Assembly (NCBI GenBank): GCA_900088475.1
Contig: FLMG01002566.1
Span: 1-53,086, forward strand
Length of the DNA: 53,086 bases
Direction: 5' to 3'
Source of the DNA: Hyphochytrium catenoides
Lineage: Eukaryota; Protista; Hyphochytriomycota
Positions 12,049-28,794 of the stretch are shown piece by piece. The notes under the pieces were generated by a model. It saw only the letters and a program-made list of their open reading frames with translations. It was not told the origin of the DNA and did not search any database. The position numbers and the translations under genes were made by a program. Every line of letters starts with the position of its first letter. Position 1 is the first letter of the stretch.

Positions 12049-13961
12049 GGTCTACAAAGCAGAGTATAGACCTTGGCTTCCAAAGAGATAGCAGAATAGC
12101 TCCTGTTTCTCTGCAGCGGGTCGGGCACCAAGGATGTCTAAAGCTGCCTCTTGACCTTTATTGAACGAACCAATCTCTTCTTCAGTCTCCATCACACATC
12201 TCTATCCATCACCTTAGTCCTCTGTTTCCGTTGGGGTTCCCGCCACTCTGTCTCGTCGCGGAGATCTCTAGTTCTCCTCATATCCTTGCTAACCCTCCCA
12301 CCCCTTCCTCTCCTACACACTGCCAGTCAGTTGGCCACTCCCCGCCCTCAGCACTCTCTTGGCACACCCATCCTCCCATGGGTACCCGTATCAGACCCAT
12401 GGGTAAGCTGGTTATTGGCTCCCTCATAGAGAAAGGAGGAGGGGGAAGGGAGGTTATTGGGATAGAGGAGGGGCACTCTTGAGACAGAGCGTAGGGGAGA
12501 GAGAGGTGCTCGGGTTAGGTGTGGGACTATTGCTGGAGAGATACGAGTCAGAGCCACGCGAGGTACCGGGTCTACATATATGATAGCAGGTGAGAAAGGG
12601 AAAGGCAGAGACAGTTCTCATCAATTCTGTCTCTCTCTTCACTCTGTCGTTCCCTTTATCTCACTCTGTCTCTCTTTCTCATCCCTTGAGCCCTCTTCCT
12701 CTTCGCTCTCGTTCTCTCTCTCTCGGCTGCCCATACCTTCCTCCGCCCTCAGTTCTGCTGCTCCTCCTCTCCATATCCTTCCAGCCACCTCAATCTACAG
12801 TTCTCTCTCTTCCTTGATCTCGGGGTAGCGTCTCCGCGCCATGCAGCTCCATATAAAGGCCACAACATAGCCAGTGACCCCAGCATGTAGAAGCGGCACC
12901 AGGGCCACGGCGCAGGTGACGGCAAAAGCAGGAGATTTGGGAAGAAGACAAAGAGGAGGTAGCACGCAGAACAAGCCATGGTGTCGGTATAAGGAGATAT
13001 AGTAGCCTAGACGGAAGGCACTCTACGTTATTGAGCAAGAGCCGCTACATGAAGAGAGTGCAGGGTACATAGCGTATTTACCAGTCCGTGCTGTTCAGTA
13101 TAGTGACGGCTTCCTAGCCATCGGAACGACGTGACTGTTCAAGGGCATGAGAAGGCGGGGAAGCGTTGACCCTTCTCCGATGCACGCAGAAGAGAGTCAA
13201 CAAAGTTGGCGGTAGGGGAACGTGCAGTACGACAGAGAGGTGGAGAGAACAACGGGAGACCAAGAAAGATCGGAAGATGGACAGCGCGGGAGGAGAGAAG
13301 GGTGTGGAGGCTGTGGTGCAGCTGCGGGACGGCTTGCTCTCTCATCGAGTCCGCCTTCCCCCTCAAGCCTCTCTCAACGATGCAAAAGTTCTCTTCCACC
13401 AGGCTCTTTTTGGCTGGTGAGTAGGTCTTGGCCCCGCAGGCTTCCCCATGCATCCGTCTCTAGATTCTTTCGGTGCTGATTCGCCCGTTGCTGGGCAGTA
13501 TAAATGGGCAGACGCCTCCTTAGTGCTAAACTCCCTCGTCTATTGTCTGCAATGCATGCCTAACTACCTGCCGTTCTATCGTGCACTCGTTGCTCAAGAT
13601 TCCGTTCTGCTATCTTACTTCGTCACTGCTCCCGCTTCTGTCATCAACCCCCAGCGATCCTCCTTCTCTCAAGGGGAGAATTTACCTCCGGCAAGATGAA
13701 GCAACTGCGGGGAGGTTCTACTCTCATGGTCCAGGTTTGCCTCCCGCGCCGCTTCTCTACCTTTATTGTCTGCCTCGATATACTCTCTGGGCTTCCATGC
13801 CTCGAGTCATGCGCACCAAACTTCGTTCATTATCCCTTCTGTATTGTCTGTCTCAGCCTCTGGAGGCTAGTGATGGCCTCGTTTGGCGCTTTGTGCCGCT
13901 TACAGCTGGCGTATGTGACTGTCTCAGAAAAGTTACCTTCTGGTTTTTGTTTGGTATTTCG

Positions 13962-14072
13962 CCTTGGCTGACCGGGGATTCACCTACACTTAGGCATTGA
14001 GATCAAGGATATCAGGCACCTTAGACCCCTGGATTCAGTCATCTATGATCCATGTTTTGAGGTGCCATAACT
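13962..14072 (+). ncRNA. Candidate box H/ACA snoRNA
   Basis: Hairpin (ccttgg/tcaagg), H box ATATCA (14009-14014), hairpin (ggcacct/aggtgcc), then ATA + 3 nt. Each internal-loop top lies 14 nt from its box. Target not established. Confidence 0.35.
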
Positions 14073-14429
14073 CTCTTCGTCCTCACGCTCCTCTCCTCGT
14101 TCGAGGCTTCTCTTTCACTTCCTTGCCCTCAGTGCTTAAAACGGTACCTGGGTGATGGTCCAAGCCACATCCATCTCGCTCTCCTCAACTGGAGGATAGT
14201 GGGTCCAGCCTCCAAATTATTGTTAGAAGTGGTTCTCCTCTCGTTAGTACCAGGCAGTGAGGGTCATTTAGAATACTGCAGAAAAAGGAACGACAGCTAG
14301 TGGCCTAGCGGTGGAGTTTGACAGAGATAGGGAACGTGACTAAGGTTGAGCGCTGAGGTTGCAGCTAAGTATGTCCTTTTCTAGGATCAGCACACACCTA
14401 CCGAGGAAAAGGGTTTGACGAACAGCAAC

Positions 14430-17400
14430 ATGAAGAGGCGGACGCGCAGCATCTCTGGCCGCTTGCGTTCTGTGTCCACACTCGCAAAGCGCGGGGTCAT
14501 TTCGCAAGAGCAGAAGGCTGCACTGAAGGATATGCTCGTCACAGGAGACCCAAAGGTGAGAAAGTCTTTATCGTTGGATACCTTCGTCCTTGTCCTTTAG
14601 CTTTGTAATATTTCGGCAACAATGCTTGGTCTTATTTCTCCATGGAATGTTACTGGTCCCTCCACACACCCCGTGTATATTCTGGTTACTGTCTTTGCTA
14701 TGATAGTGGACTCTCCTCTTCTGGTCTTGTCAATATAGTAGCTCCTTCCTGCACCAAGCTGAAGAGCAATCTTTTAGGGAGAAGAAGCGCTGGAGGCAAT
14801 GCTAGAGAATCCAACAGAGGAGACCATCCAGCAATTTCTGAGTGGGACCAAGCATCTTAGAGGAAGAGATACTTTGACTTCGCTTTCGGGGTTGCTTGTG
14901 GACAAGCTCTCCTTCAGTGTTTCTGACATTTACTCCCATCTCATTCCTCCTCCCCCGCCCTCTCAAGAAGTTCTGGGACTGGATGATGCAAATCTTCAGC
15001 TCTTGGAGGTGCTGGGAGGGGAAGAAGGAGACGCCCGAGTGCGGGGGAGGGAGGAGGGAATGGCAGAACGCAAATCTTCCAGTGATTTAGAGGATGTGGG
15101 CGATGTGTGGAGCATTGACGAGAGGAACATCTACAAACCCTATAAGGCGGGCAGTGAGGAGATGGCCGATGCGAACGGTGCCGAAGGGGAGGAAGAGATA
15201 CGGGATAGAACCGAGAGGCGAAGCAGGAATTCAGAGGAACTCTTGCGCACCGGTTCACAGGGGGCTGAGGTCTACAGAAACATTCTGAGAGTGGATACAG
15301 GGATCAATCGGCAGTGCGACGAGGAGAGTCACATCCTTCCAAAGTTTCTTTCTCATCTTCCAAACATTCCAGAGGTGAGAACCCCAGATAGCCCTCGACG
15401 CTTGGCGTCCCAGATCTCTTCGACGCAGATGGAGCCAATTTGGCTAGACGTGCAGGGAAATAGGTCTCCCAAGAAGTGGGCAAGGAAGCCTAACGAGCGA
15501 AGAGAGGGATCAGAAGAAGAAAGGCAGCGAGGCAGCCAAACAAGAGTGCCGGGTTCACCAGCTACTCCGGAGCCTAAGTTTCTTCGACGGCAGTCACGCG
15601 AACAAATTCCTCCTCTTCTTCCTCCCGAAGAGATGCCCCCTGCCATCCCAAGTGCTGGGGCGTGTACTGCTCCGGCCAGGCCTTCTCTTTCACTTTCCTT
15701 GCCTCCACCAGTCCTCACGAGGCCAAGCGTCGCGTCAGCTCCTGCCACTCACAGGCCTTCTCTTGCTATCAGTTCGGCACCAACACGGCCAGGGCTCAAT
15801 CTTCCCTCTTCCGCAATTGTTTCATCGTCATCAATTATCTCACCGGCTGACCCACAAGGATCATCCAGAAGGGCTAGCTTCCTGACGTCCCGAGTAATGG
15901 GTCTCGTTACGAAGGTAGGTCACTGAAAGAGCTCATCGAGGTTCTGGTGAGCTCCTCACTCTCTCCTGCTGCCTCTGTATCCTCCTTACTGGCTGCTGAA
16001 AATACCCGCCCTCTATCTTCAGGCTCATTCCCCTTTGGACTTCTCATCAGTCTGTCTTTGCTGCCTCTAAGCTTTCTCTCGTTGCGTCGTAACAGTCACC
16101 TCTCCTCTACGATAACCAGTCTTGTCTTGCATTCGTCCTAGCTCGAGCTTTTTCTCTTATGGCCCTCACTAACCCGGTTCTGCTATTAGCACAACTTCAG
16201 CTCTGTCTACGAAACACTGGAAACCCTGGGTAGTGGACGCTATTCAATTGTAAAAGTAGTTCGACATAGGCAAACTGGCGCAAAGTTTGCTGCGAAAGTT
16301 ATCAATAAGCTGAAGCTCGCTGGAGCAGCACGCTACCTCGTTGAGGAAATGGAGATCCTTGACTCTTTGCGGCATCCGAAGATCATTAGACTTTTCGAAG
16401 TCTTTGAAGATGAGTCAATCCTGGTGATGGTGCTCGAACTGGCCAAGGGAGATATGTTTGAGTTCGTGGAGGCGAGAGGGAGGCTCAGTGAAAGGGAAGC
16501 AAAGGCTGTGGTCAGAGGACTTCTGGAGGCGGTGTATTTCTTACATGGTCAGTAGTGGTTCATCTGGAGTAAATCTCCATTGTGGTCTAGTAGCATGCCG
16601 CTGCCGCCTAGTGTGTCTAGTGCTAGCTGTCTTAGCCTCGCTGCTGGCTGGCCAACTGCTTTTGCCCATTTTGTGGCGCTCAGTGTAGGAAAGTATTCAT
16701 CTGCTTGGCCCCTGTGTTCCCTTTGCATCCAAACCGGCATATTCCCCTCTTACCCCTATTTGTCCGTGTGCTTCCAGAACATGACGTGATCCACAGGGAC
16801 ATAAAGTTGGAGAACGTACTCTTAATGAACGAGGAGACAATGGACATCCGGTTGACAGACTTTGGCATCGCAAAGAACCTCAGAAAGGATTCTGGCGGAA
16901 GAAAGAGAGAAGGACTTCGCCCTCCGCTCAGAAGAGATGAGGATAGAGGACTGCAGGGACCGGTACAAGATAATGGGCGGCAGAATCGCCTCGCACGCAC
17001 ACACACAAAATGTGGAACAAGGTCAGGAACGACATCTGAGTTCTCCTTATTCTTAACAGTTTTGGTTGGACAGCTAGGGGACAGCTATGGGTGCATCCTC
17101 TGTTACCACTGTCACGGGTGCCTTTATTGGCTGCATTACCTGTCGTTAACTTGCTGGGAATTGCCTACATGGGGGCCCTAACCTTTTCCCCAATATTCCG
17201 CTTTCCTAACAGAGATTACATCGCACCTGAGATCTTAACTAGTAAGGGATACGGTAGGTGCTGCTGCGCTTGAAAGCTGTGAGAGACACCTAAAGCCTAC
17301 TCAGCTGGAAGCTCTCGTTCTTTTTGCTTGCCCTTGCTCACCGAGTCATTTCGCCTGCTCCTTGGAGCGGACTGGGGCGGATTCTGAGCTCTGTTACCTG

Positions 17401-17891
17401 GATGCCTCCTTGCTGTCCCTACGGCTTATCACCATCTGGCTGGTCGAAGTACTAATCTGGCACCTCCTGGCCTTGTTTTCGTTGTTTGTGTTTCTTTATC
17501 CCTTTTCCTTTTGTCCGGCTCCTCGTCCTGCAACTCTTGGCCTCCAAGTGACCCCTCTCTTTCACTGTCTCTCTCCACAGGGATGGAGGTTGATATTTGG
17601 AGTGTAGGAGTGGTCGCACATGTCTTGTTAACTGGACTGCAGCCCAACACGGATCAGGCCTGGATGTCCATTGATCGGAGGCTTAATTCGGGAGAAGAAG
17701 AAAAGCAAGAGGCGGCGGATCACAATTCACTCTCGCCACCGCTGCTGGATGTGGTCAGCGTTTGCAACTTCCCTCCGCAGCTGCATATATCTGAGTCGGC
17801 CAAGGATCTCGTGGAGCGGATGTTAGTGGTTCTCCCGCAGCTGAGAATCAGGGCTGAGGATGCCTTGGATCACAGCTGGTTCAAGTCATAG
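14430..17891 (+). CDS. CAMK-group Ser/Thr protein kinase with long N-terminal extension, multi-exon (start uncertain)
   Basis: LGSGRYSIV, FAAKVI, EMEIL..LRHPKIIRLFEVFE, HRDIKLENVLL, DFG, CGTRDYIAPE, VDIWSVGV, AKDLVERML..RIRAEDALDHSWF*. Canonical GT-AG splicing keeps the frame. Confidence 0.9.
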
Positions 17892-18503
17892 TACAACCGG
17901 TCACTTTTTTTCATGACGGGTCCTCGTGCTAAGTTTCTGTTATACCTGTCTCTATACCTCGTAAGCTCACTCTAGCTAGTTCTGGAACCGTTGGGAATCA
18001 GAAAGTAGTTCTAGCTCTTACGTGACGCTTCTCCACTTTCTGCCCGATCTGTCAACCCTATCAAGTGTGCTTGTCTTTATTTTTTAAAAACTGGAGGCCC
18101 TAATAACTAAGATTGGCGCATTAGAACTTTCCTGTTGTGGATTGCCTTGCTCAGCCTTCCAACAGCAAGCAGGCGGTTGGACAGCGTCCTACTTTGGGCA
18201 AGAGGCAAGAACATTCTGTACCGGTTCCACCCGTTACACCCTGTTCAAAGAAGTCTCTTAGCTAGCTGGGATCATAAAATCTGTTCCTTGTGCTCTTTCC
18301 AGCTGTGTGCAGCTCCTAGCAGTGAGCTGATGAACATATCTATGTCTTGCTCATAATTTAATTAGGTAAACTGATGATTAGGACTTGATGGCACTGTCAG
18401 TGCTCATGTCCTCTGAGTGTCGTACGCAAGGGACTTCTTTCGAAGAGCAATTGGGGCAATCTTATGCCCAAAGTTTCATATCACCGGCCCAACAGCATCC
18501 TAC

Positions 18504-21500
18504 TTACTGTCTGCTTCTAGATGATCCTGGCTCTGCCGCTGTTGCTTCTCCTCTCTCTGCTTGCATATAATTTGGAAGGCTTTGATGTAGGACTCGCAGA
18601 GATGATCCTGCAGCATGGAGGGAGACATCTGTACTGCTTGCAGCTCATGATAAGACACCTCGTAGACAGAGAGGACCTGGGAGCAAAGAGTTAGGAAGAT
18701 GCCAGAGTTGAGTGCAGATCGTGATTACTTGAGTGGTAGATGGCCAAACGAAAGAAGAGTGACGCCCCGCTGATGTGGGATACACGTGAGCGACCGAGCA
18801 AAACGCCACAATCAATGAAAAGAAAGATTTGCTGTGAATATGAGCAACACTAAGCAGGACCGATCTGAGAAAGAATAGTGACAGCTGTTTACTTGCTCTC
18901 ACCTTATCCTCTGCCCAGAGCTCTTCCTCACGCAGACCAATCGCTTGATGTCTGCCAGGCAAGTGAGCTCTAATGTGGAGCAGGCGGCCAGGCGTATAGA
19001 GCCTCTCTCGCGTATTGTTCTCTCTTTCTTTCCGACTAGTTTCTTCGATGTCACTCTTCGTTGCACCCTCCTCTTCTTGCTTCTTTCTCAGAGACCAGGT
19101 GTCCAGCTTTTGAAATACTGCTCTCCACCTGTCCTTTATGGCTGCCAGTTGCTTCGTCTTCTCTTCCTCAGAGAGCAAAGAACCTGCCCATTCCTCAGTC
19201 TTGGCGCCAACCATCTGCACCGTGTGGAGACCCTTCTCTTTCGCCTGCTGAAGATCCGAGCTAAGTCCCTTGATTGTCTGGCGCAAGTGAGGAGCAAGAG
19301 ACAGTAGAACAAAGGCCATAAGTAAATAATCAAGATTTGAGGTCAGGGCCAAGGTGGGATCAATGACTTTTCTCATGAAGAGATAGTAACAGTGTTATAA
19401 CACCAGGAACTGAAAATGGCACCAGATTGTTCTTCACATCGAGATGTGGGATTGGCGTGAGAGGAAGGAACGATAAGTGAATGCTAGTGAGAGTCCGATC
19501 AGTGTTATGGATAGATGCTCCAGATATTTGAAGACATAGAAGAGAGGAGGACCCAGTGAGATCTAACACCAAGCTACCTTCGTTGTGCCATCCTTAACCT
19601 TCTGCAGCCCTTCTTGAACCGCATCTGGAAGTGTGTTGTTCAGCGCATCCTTCACTCCTGAGGACACCCTTGTTGCCAGAGGTGCAGTCTCTTCATGCTT
19701 CTTCTCACATTGGCTCTCTCCGTCGTTATGCTCTTTGTCCTCCTCAGGGCCCTCTACTTTCTTGGACGCTGCTTTCTCAATCTTTTCCTTCAGCTTGCCG
19801 CTTGTGCTCTTGATCCCTATCTCGAGATAGTCTCTGACACTTTCCGCTGCCCTCTGAAGGGAAGGAGAAACTTGTCCAAGCTGTTCAAGATGGCCATCTG
19901 CGGACCTTATGAACTGCCTACACTCCGTCTCTTTGGAATGAGCAACAGAAATAAAGTAAGAAGGTTAGAGAGCGGGGGTAGGACACCAAAGTAACCCTTG
20001 TCGTCAGCTTGCAGAAGGACGGCACTATACGCGGAGAACAGAAGTTTGATTGCAGACGCCCAGCCGTACAATGTAATCTATACGGCGTAAGAAGGAGAGG
20101 GAGAGGGTATGAACGAATTATGCGCTTTTCAGCACAACTCGCATCACGCCCTTTCTACGTCTTCCCCGCCGTCAATATGAAGTCCCTCGTCCAATCACCT
20201 CAACAGTTCCCTCTCTCCTACCTGCTTCCGTTATCTCGTTGCTGGCAATTTCAGCCAGGTCCGTCGCCCAATCTTCTCCAGCTATCTCCTCATAAAGTTC
20301 CTCCACACTCGTCTCGGTCAGTCTAACCACAAAGTCATCGTGCAAGACAAAGCTTGTGATATAATCCTTTGACTGATCTGCCAACTCCCGACTCATGCAG
20401 GGAGGGCATCCAAAGGTGACACACTCCAGGCGAGAGAGAGAAGGCCGAAGAAGAGAAGCGGTTAAGGCAGCAGTCGCTCCTCCCATGCTGTGGCCAGTCA
20501 AAACGAGGCGGTAAGACGGATACTTGTCCATAGTTTCTTTGAGAAGGTCTGCCAGTTATGAAGCAAAAGATTGGGCGAGGAAGTATGGGAAGAGAGAAGG
20601 TGAGCCAAGAGAGGCTTGTCGAGGCAGTACGTTTAAGTTCCAGTCAATTCAAAGACATGCGATGGTTCTCGGAATACGGACCCACCCTGAAGAAAGCAAG
20701 ATACGAAGACATAGGACCATTTTTGAAGGAGCTAACCAGGTGCCAGGAGGTGACTAGTAACGAGAGAGCACGCAGAGGGAAAGCAAGTAACACTTGTCTG
20801 AAGAGAGGACAAACTTGATTTTAGGAGAACGCTAGGTGTTTGAGAAATTGGGTATGGCCTTCTGGCAGAAGGAGTAGTGGAGAGGGATGACAAGACATTA
20901 CCTTGTCTAGTCTCCGCAAGCCACTGCGCGGCAAAGGCCATGCCTCGATGTCCGTGGCCATCCAAAAACGGCTCCGGCAGATGGCACAGATCTGTCAGGA
21001 AATCCATAACCTCTAATAAACGAATATTAGGGACAGGGAATGTAACGTAGAGTCCTTCAGCTGGCTCAAAAGCTTCAGCTCAAAGCAGGAGGAGTCTCAA
21101 GCAGCATCGGTAAAGAAAGGCTATTTTACATGTGGTCTAGTAGGTACTGCCACTACCTGCGGTCCCCCTTATGGCTAGCACAATCTCCTCAGACTGGTGA
21201 TCTACCACGATGTAATGAGAAGGCTTCAGTAGGCCACCCTTATAATGGCAGACGACATCTTCTTCCCTCAGTCCGGTGCGCTTGATTAGTGCTGGAACAG
21301 AGTCATCGTCCTCATAGGCGTAAAATGAGAGCATAAGATAGCGCTGGAATCGGATGGTTTCCTGCGGGAGGGTCAAAGAAGGACTATCAGATGCGTCACA
21401 AAAGGGAGCGAATTGAATGGCAGGAGAGTGAAATCGATGACCGGAACGTAGGATTGGGGCTACGGAGTGGGAAGGGAAAGCATCGACTGACTTTGTATGG

Positions 21501-22680
21501 TAAGGACTCGAGAGCAACTCTCATAACGTAGGACGATGGTAAGCAAGAACTACTGCTAAACCTGGTCGGGGTGCTTAGACATGGTAATAGCACAGGAAGA
21601 CACAGACAAAGAAGATGAACGAGGACGAAGCAGACCAGGTACCTCCTTCTCTAACTCTATACAACGAAGAGAACTTGGCGGAGAGTAGTCGCGGCTACGT
21701 TCTCTAACATGAGCTAGGGCTGTTGTCAAGGGCAATGTGGTCAGTGGCGCGGGCGCGAAAGCAAGCAGACAAGGAGGAAATAGAGAAGGTGTGCTAAATG
21801 AAGGTGAATGAAGACTGGAGAGCCAAGACAGCTACAATGAACATGTCTAGAAGTAGCCGGGAGCCAAGATGCAATGAGCCACGGGCTTGGCTACGCAAGA
21901 AGGAGAAAATCAAGACTATTATGATGGAGAGGACAGCAACACGTTGGCAGGTCAAGAAGTGCTAGACGGTCCTACTTAGCAGCCCAAGCGTGAGGTCATC
22001 CAGTTTCCATTCCCCAGTCTTCGCAATCTCCAGCTGATGGAGAGATTTCGATAGCACACTCCAGCCTAAGCCAGACACAAGAGAGGTTTGAGAAGTGCAG
22101 GAAGGATACACAGACTTCTCGGAAGCAGCCGAGGCTCGATAAGAGGAAAATCCTTCTGGAAAGACAGAGTTAGGCCCAGGGGATCGCAGGAGTACAGATA
22201 GGACAACGAGACGAGGATAGACCAGAGTGGGCCTGATCTCTCACCCTCGGCAAGCTCTTCCTTCCACTCCCGAAAGTCTAGGAACCAGCTCTTCTTGCTC
22301 TTGATAGTCTCCACAGACTCTGAGAGAACTTTCTTTAAATAACCAGTTCGGGAGTTCTCGCATTGCTCCCCGCCGTCCTCCGGGTTTCTTGTCTCTTTCG
22401 CCGGCAGTCCACCCGTGACAGCAGAGGAGGAAGACGCAAAGGGCCGTGTCCCCAATAGCACCACGCTTCCTCTTTCTCCGCTAGGGAGGTAGCTCTTCAG
22501 CCAGTGCCTGGCGAGCGCTAGCGTTCCGAAAGCCCCAGCGCCATTTCTAGTACGAGTAGAAAGGCGTGCAACACGAAGAGAGAAAGAGGGTTTTGAACAT
22601 TTGTCTCGGGCTGTACAGCGAGCTTGCCGACGAGCAAGAGAAGTGCGGATCCACTGTGAGAGCACCCTCTGCCGGACCAT
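18504..22680 (-). CDS. Class 3 lipase (DAG-lipase-like), multi-exon
   Basis: HYIVVDHQSEEIVLAIRGT, DFLTDL, HRGMAFAAQWL, LVLTGHSMGGATAAL, TFGCPPCMS, SFVLHDDFVVRL, LYTPGRLLHI, SMLQDHL. Ser-Asp-His triad intact; Arg-rich N-terminus. Confidence 0.88.
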
Positions 22681-23556
22681 AGCTTCTTATTGACTATCCA
22701 AACTTTTCCGCGGCGGCTGACGAGCCCTGTCAAAGTCTTCTCCGCCGTTCCTAGCGCTACACGCAGCGCGCTAAGAACGAAGCAGGAGCTTTGCAAGGAG
22801 TGGCGAGCCGCTGGCAGGGAACAGCGGAGCCTGGTCAACGTCAAGAGCAGAGAAATAAGGCTAACGCTGCTGGGGACACGGGAGAGCACGAGCAAACGGC
22901 GGCAGAACAGGAAGCGCACATAAACTTTAGTGACAATGAAAGAGATCAGAAGGAGCCACATCATGACACAAAGAAAGAGAGCGCGAGACAGAGAGTGAAC
23001 AGCAGCGCGGAATCTATGGAAAATACTGTATACCTAAATAGAAAGAGAGAGATGAGAGACATCGAAACGCATTGAAGGTCACCATCATCAGAACCAGAGA
23101 CAGAACAACCACCAAGGAGACCGCTAACGCACATGATAGCGGAAGGCAGAAGATCTAAATTGAGAATCAAATCAGTAGGCTTATTAGTAATCAGTCGCCG
23201 CATCTGTGAGCTTCTTCCTCTCCTGTATCTTGTGTCTGTTCCCAGAGGGAGAACAAGAGAGCGAGACAGAGAAAGCAGCACAGAGAGAGAGGCTGAGGGA
23301 GAGAAGAAGCAAGAGAGAGGCAGAGAGAATTCGGTAATGGAGTTGGAACGTGGAGCTTCATGAAGATCTGCAAGAGCTTCAGCAGCGAGCATTCGAGTGT
23401 CTGCGGAGCTCTATCTATCGAAGTGATAAGTCGTCTTACGGAGCTGCCTTCCTCAGTCTCCTTGCTTAGCACTTGAGAACTGCCGCCGAGAGTCTGCAGG
23501 GAGAGCGAAATCTATCCAGAGCAGTGGTTTTAAGGTCAAGTGAAGTAACCGGAAAA

Positions 23557-25653
<2,097 letters not shown>

Positions 25654-25825
25654 CCAGTCAGTCCTAACTCCTCCCTTCAGAGCCACGGACGCAATGCGCA
25701 TCCAACGAGAGGCAGACACTGTTCATCCTTCAATATTCTCTCTTTGCTTTGAGTGCACGGTCTGCCTCACGATATGTTCAGCAAATAAATATGAGACTCT
25801 CTACATCTAAGGGCTATACCCCTCC

Positions 25826-28794
<2,969 letters not shown>

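Noticed and set aside
13970-13985. CGGGGATTCACC resembling the RNase MRP P4 3' strand
   Set aside because: No upstream GAAAGTCCCCG partner strand.
18372-18416. SECIS element
   Set aside because: No apical AA motif and no in-frame TGA in the upstream kinase.
22681-23556. Specific bidirectional promoter motifs between the lipase and RPT3
   Set aside because: The head-to-head layout is real, but no element can be supported from sequence alone.
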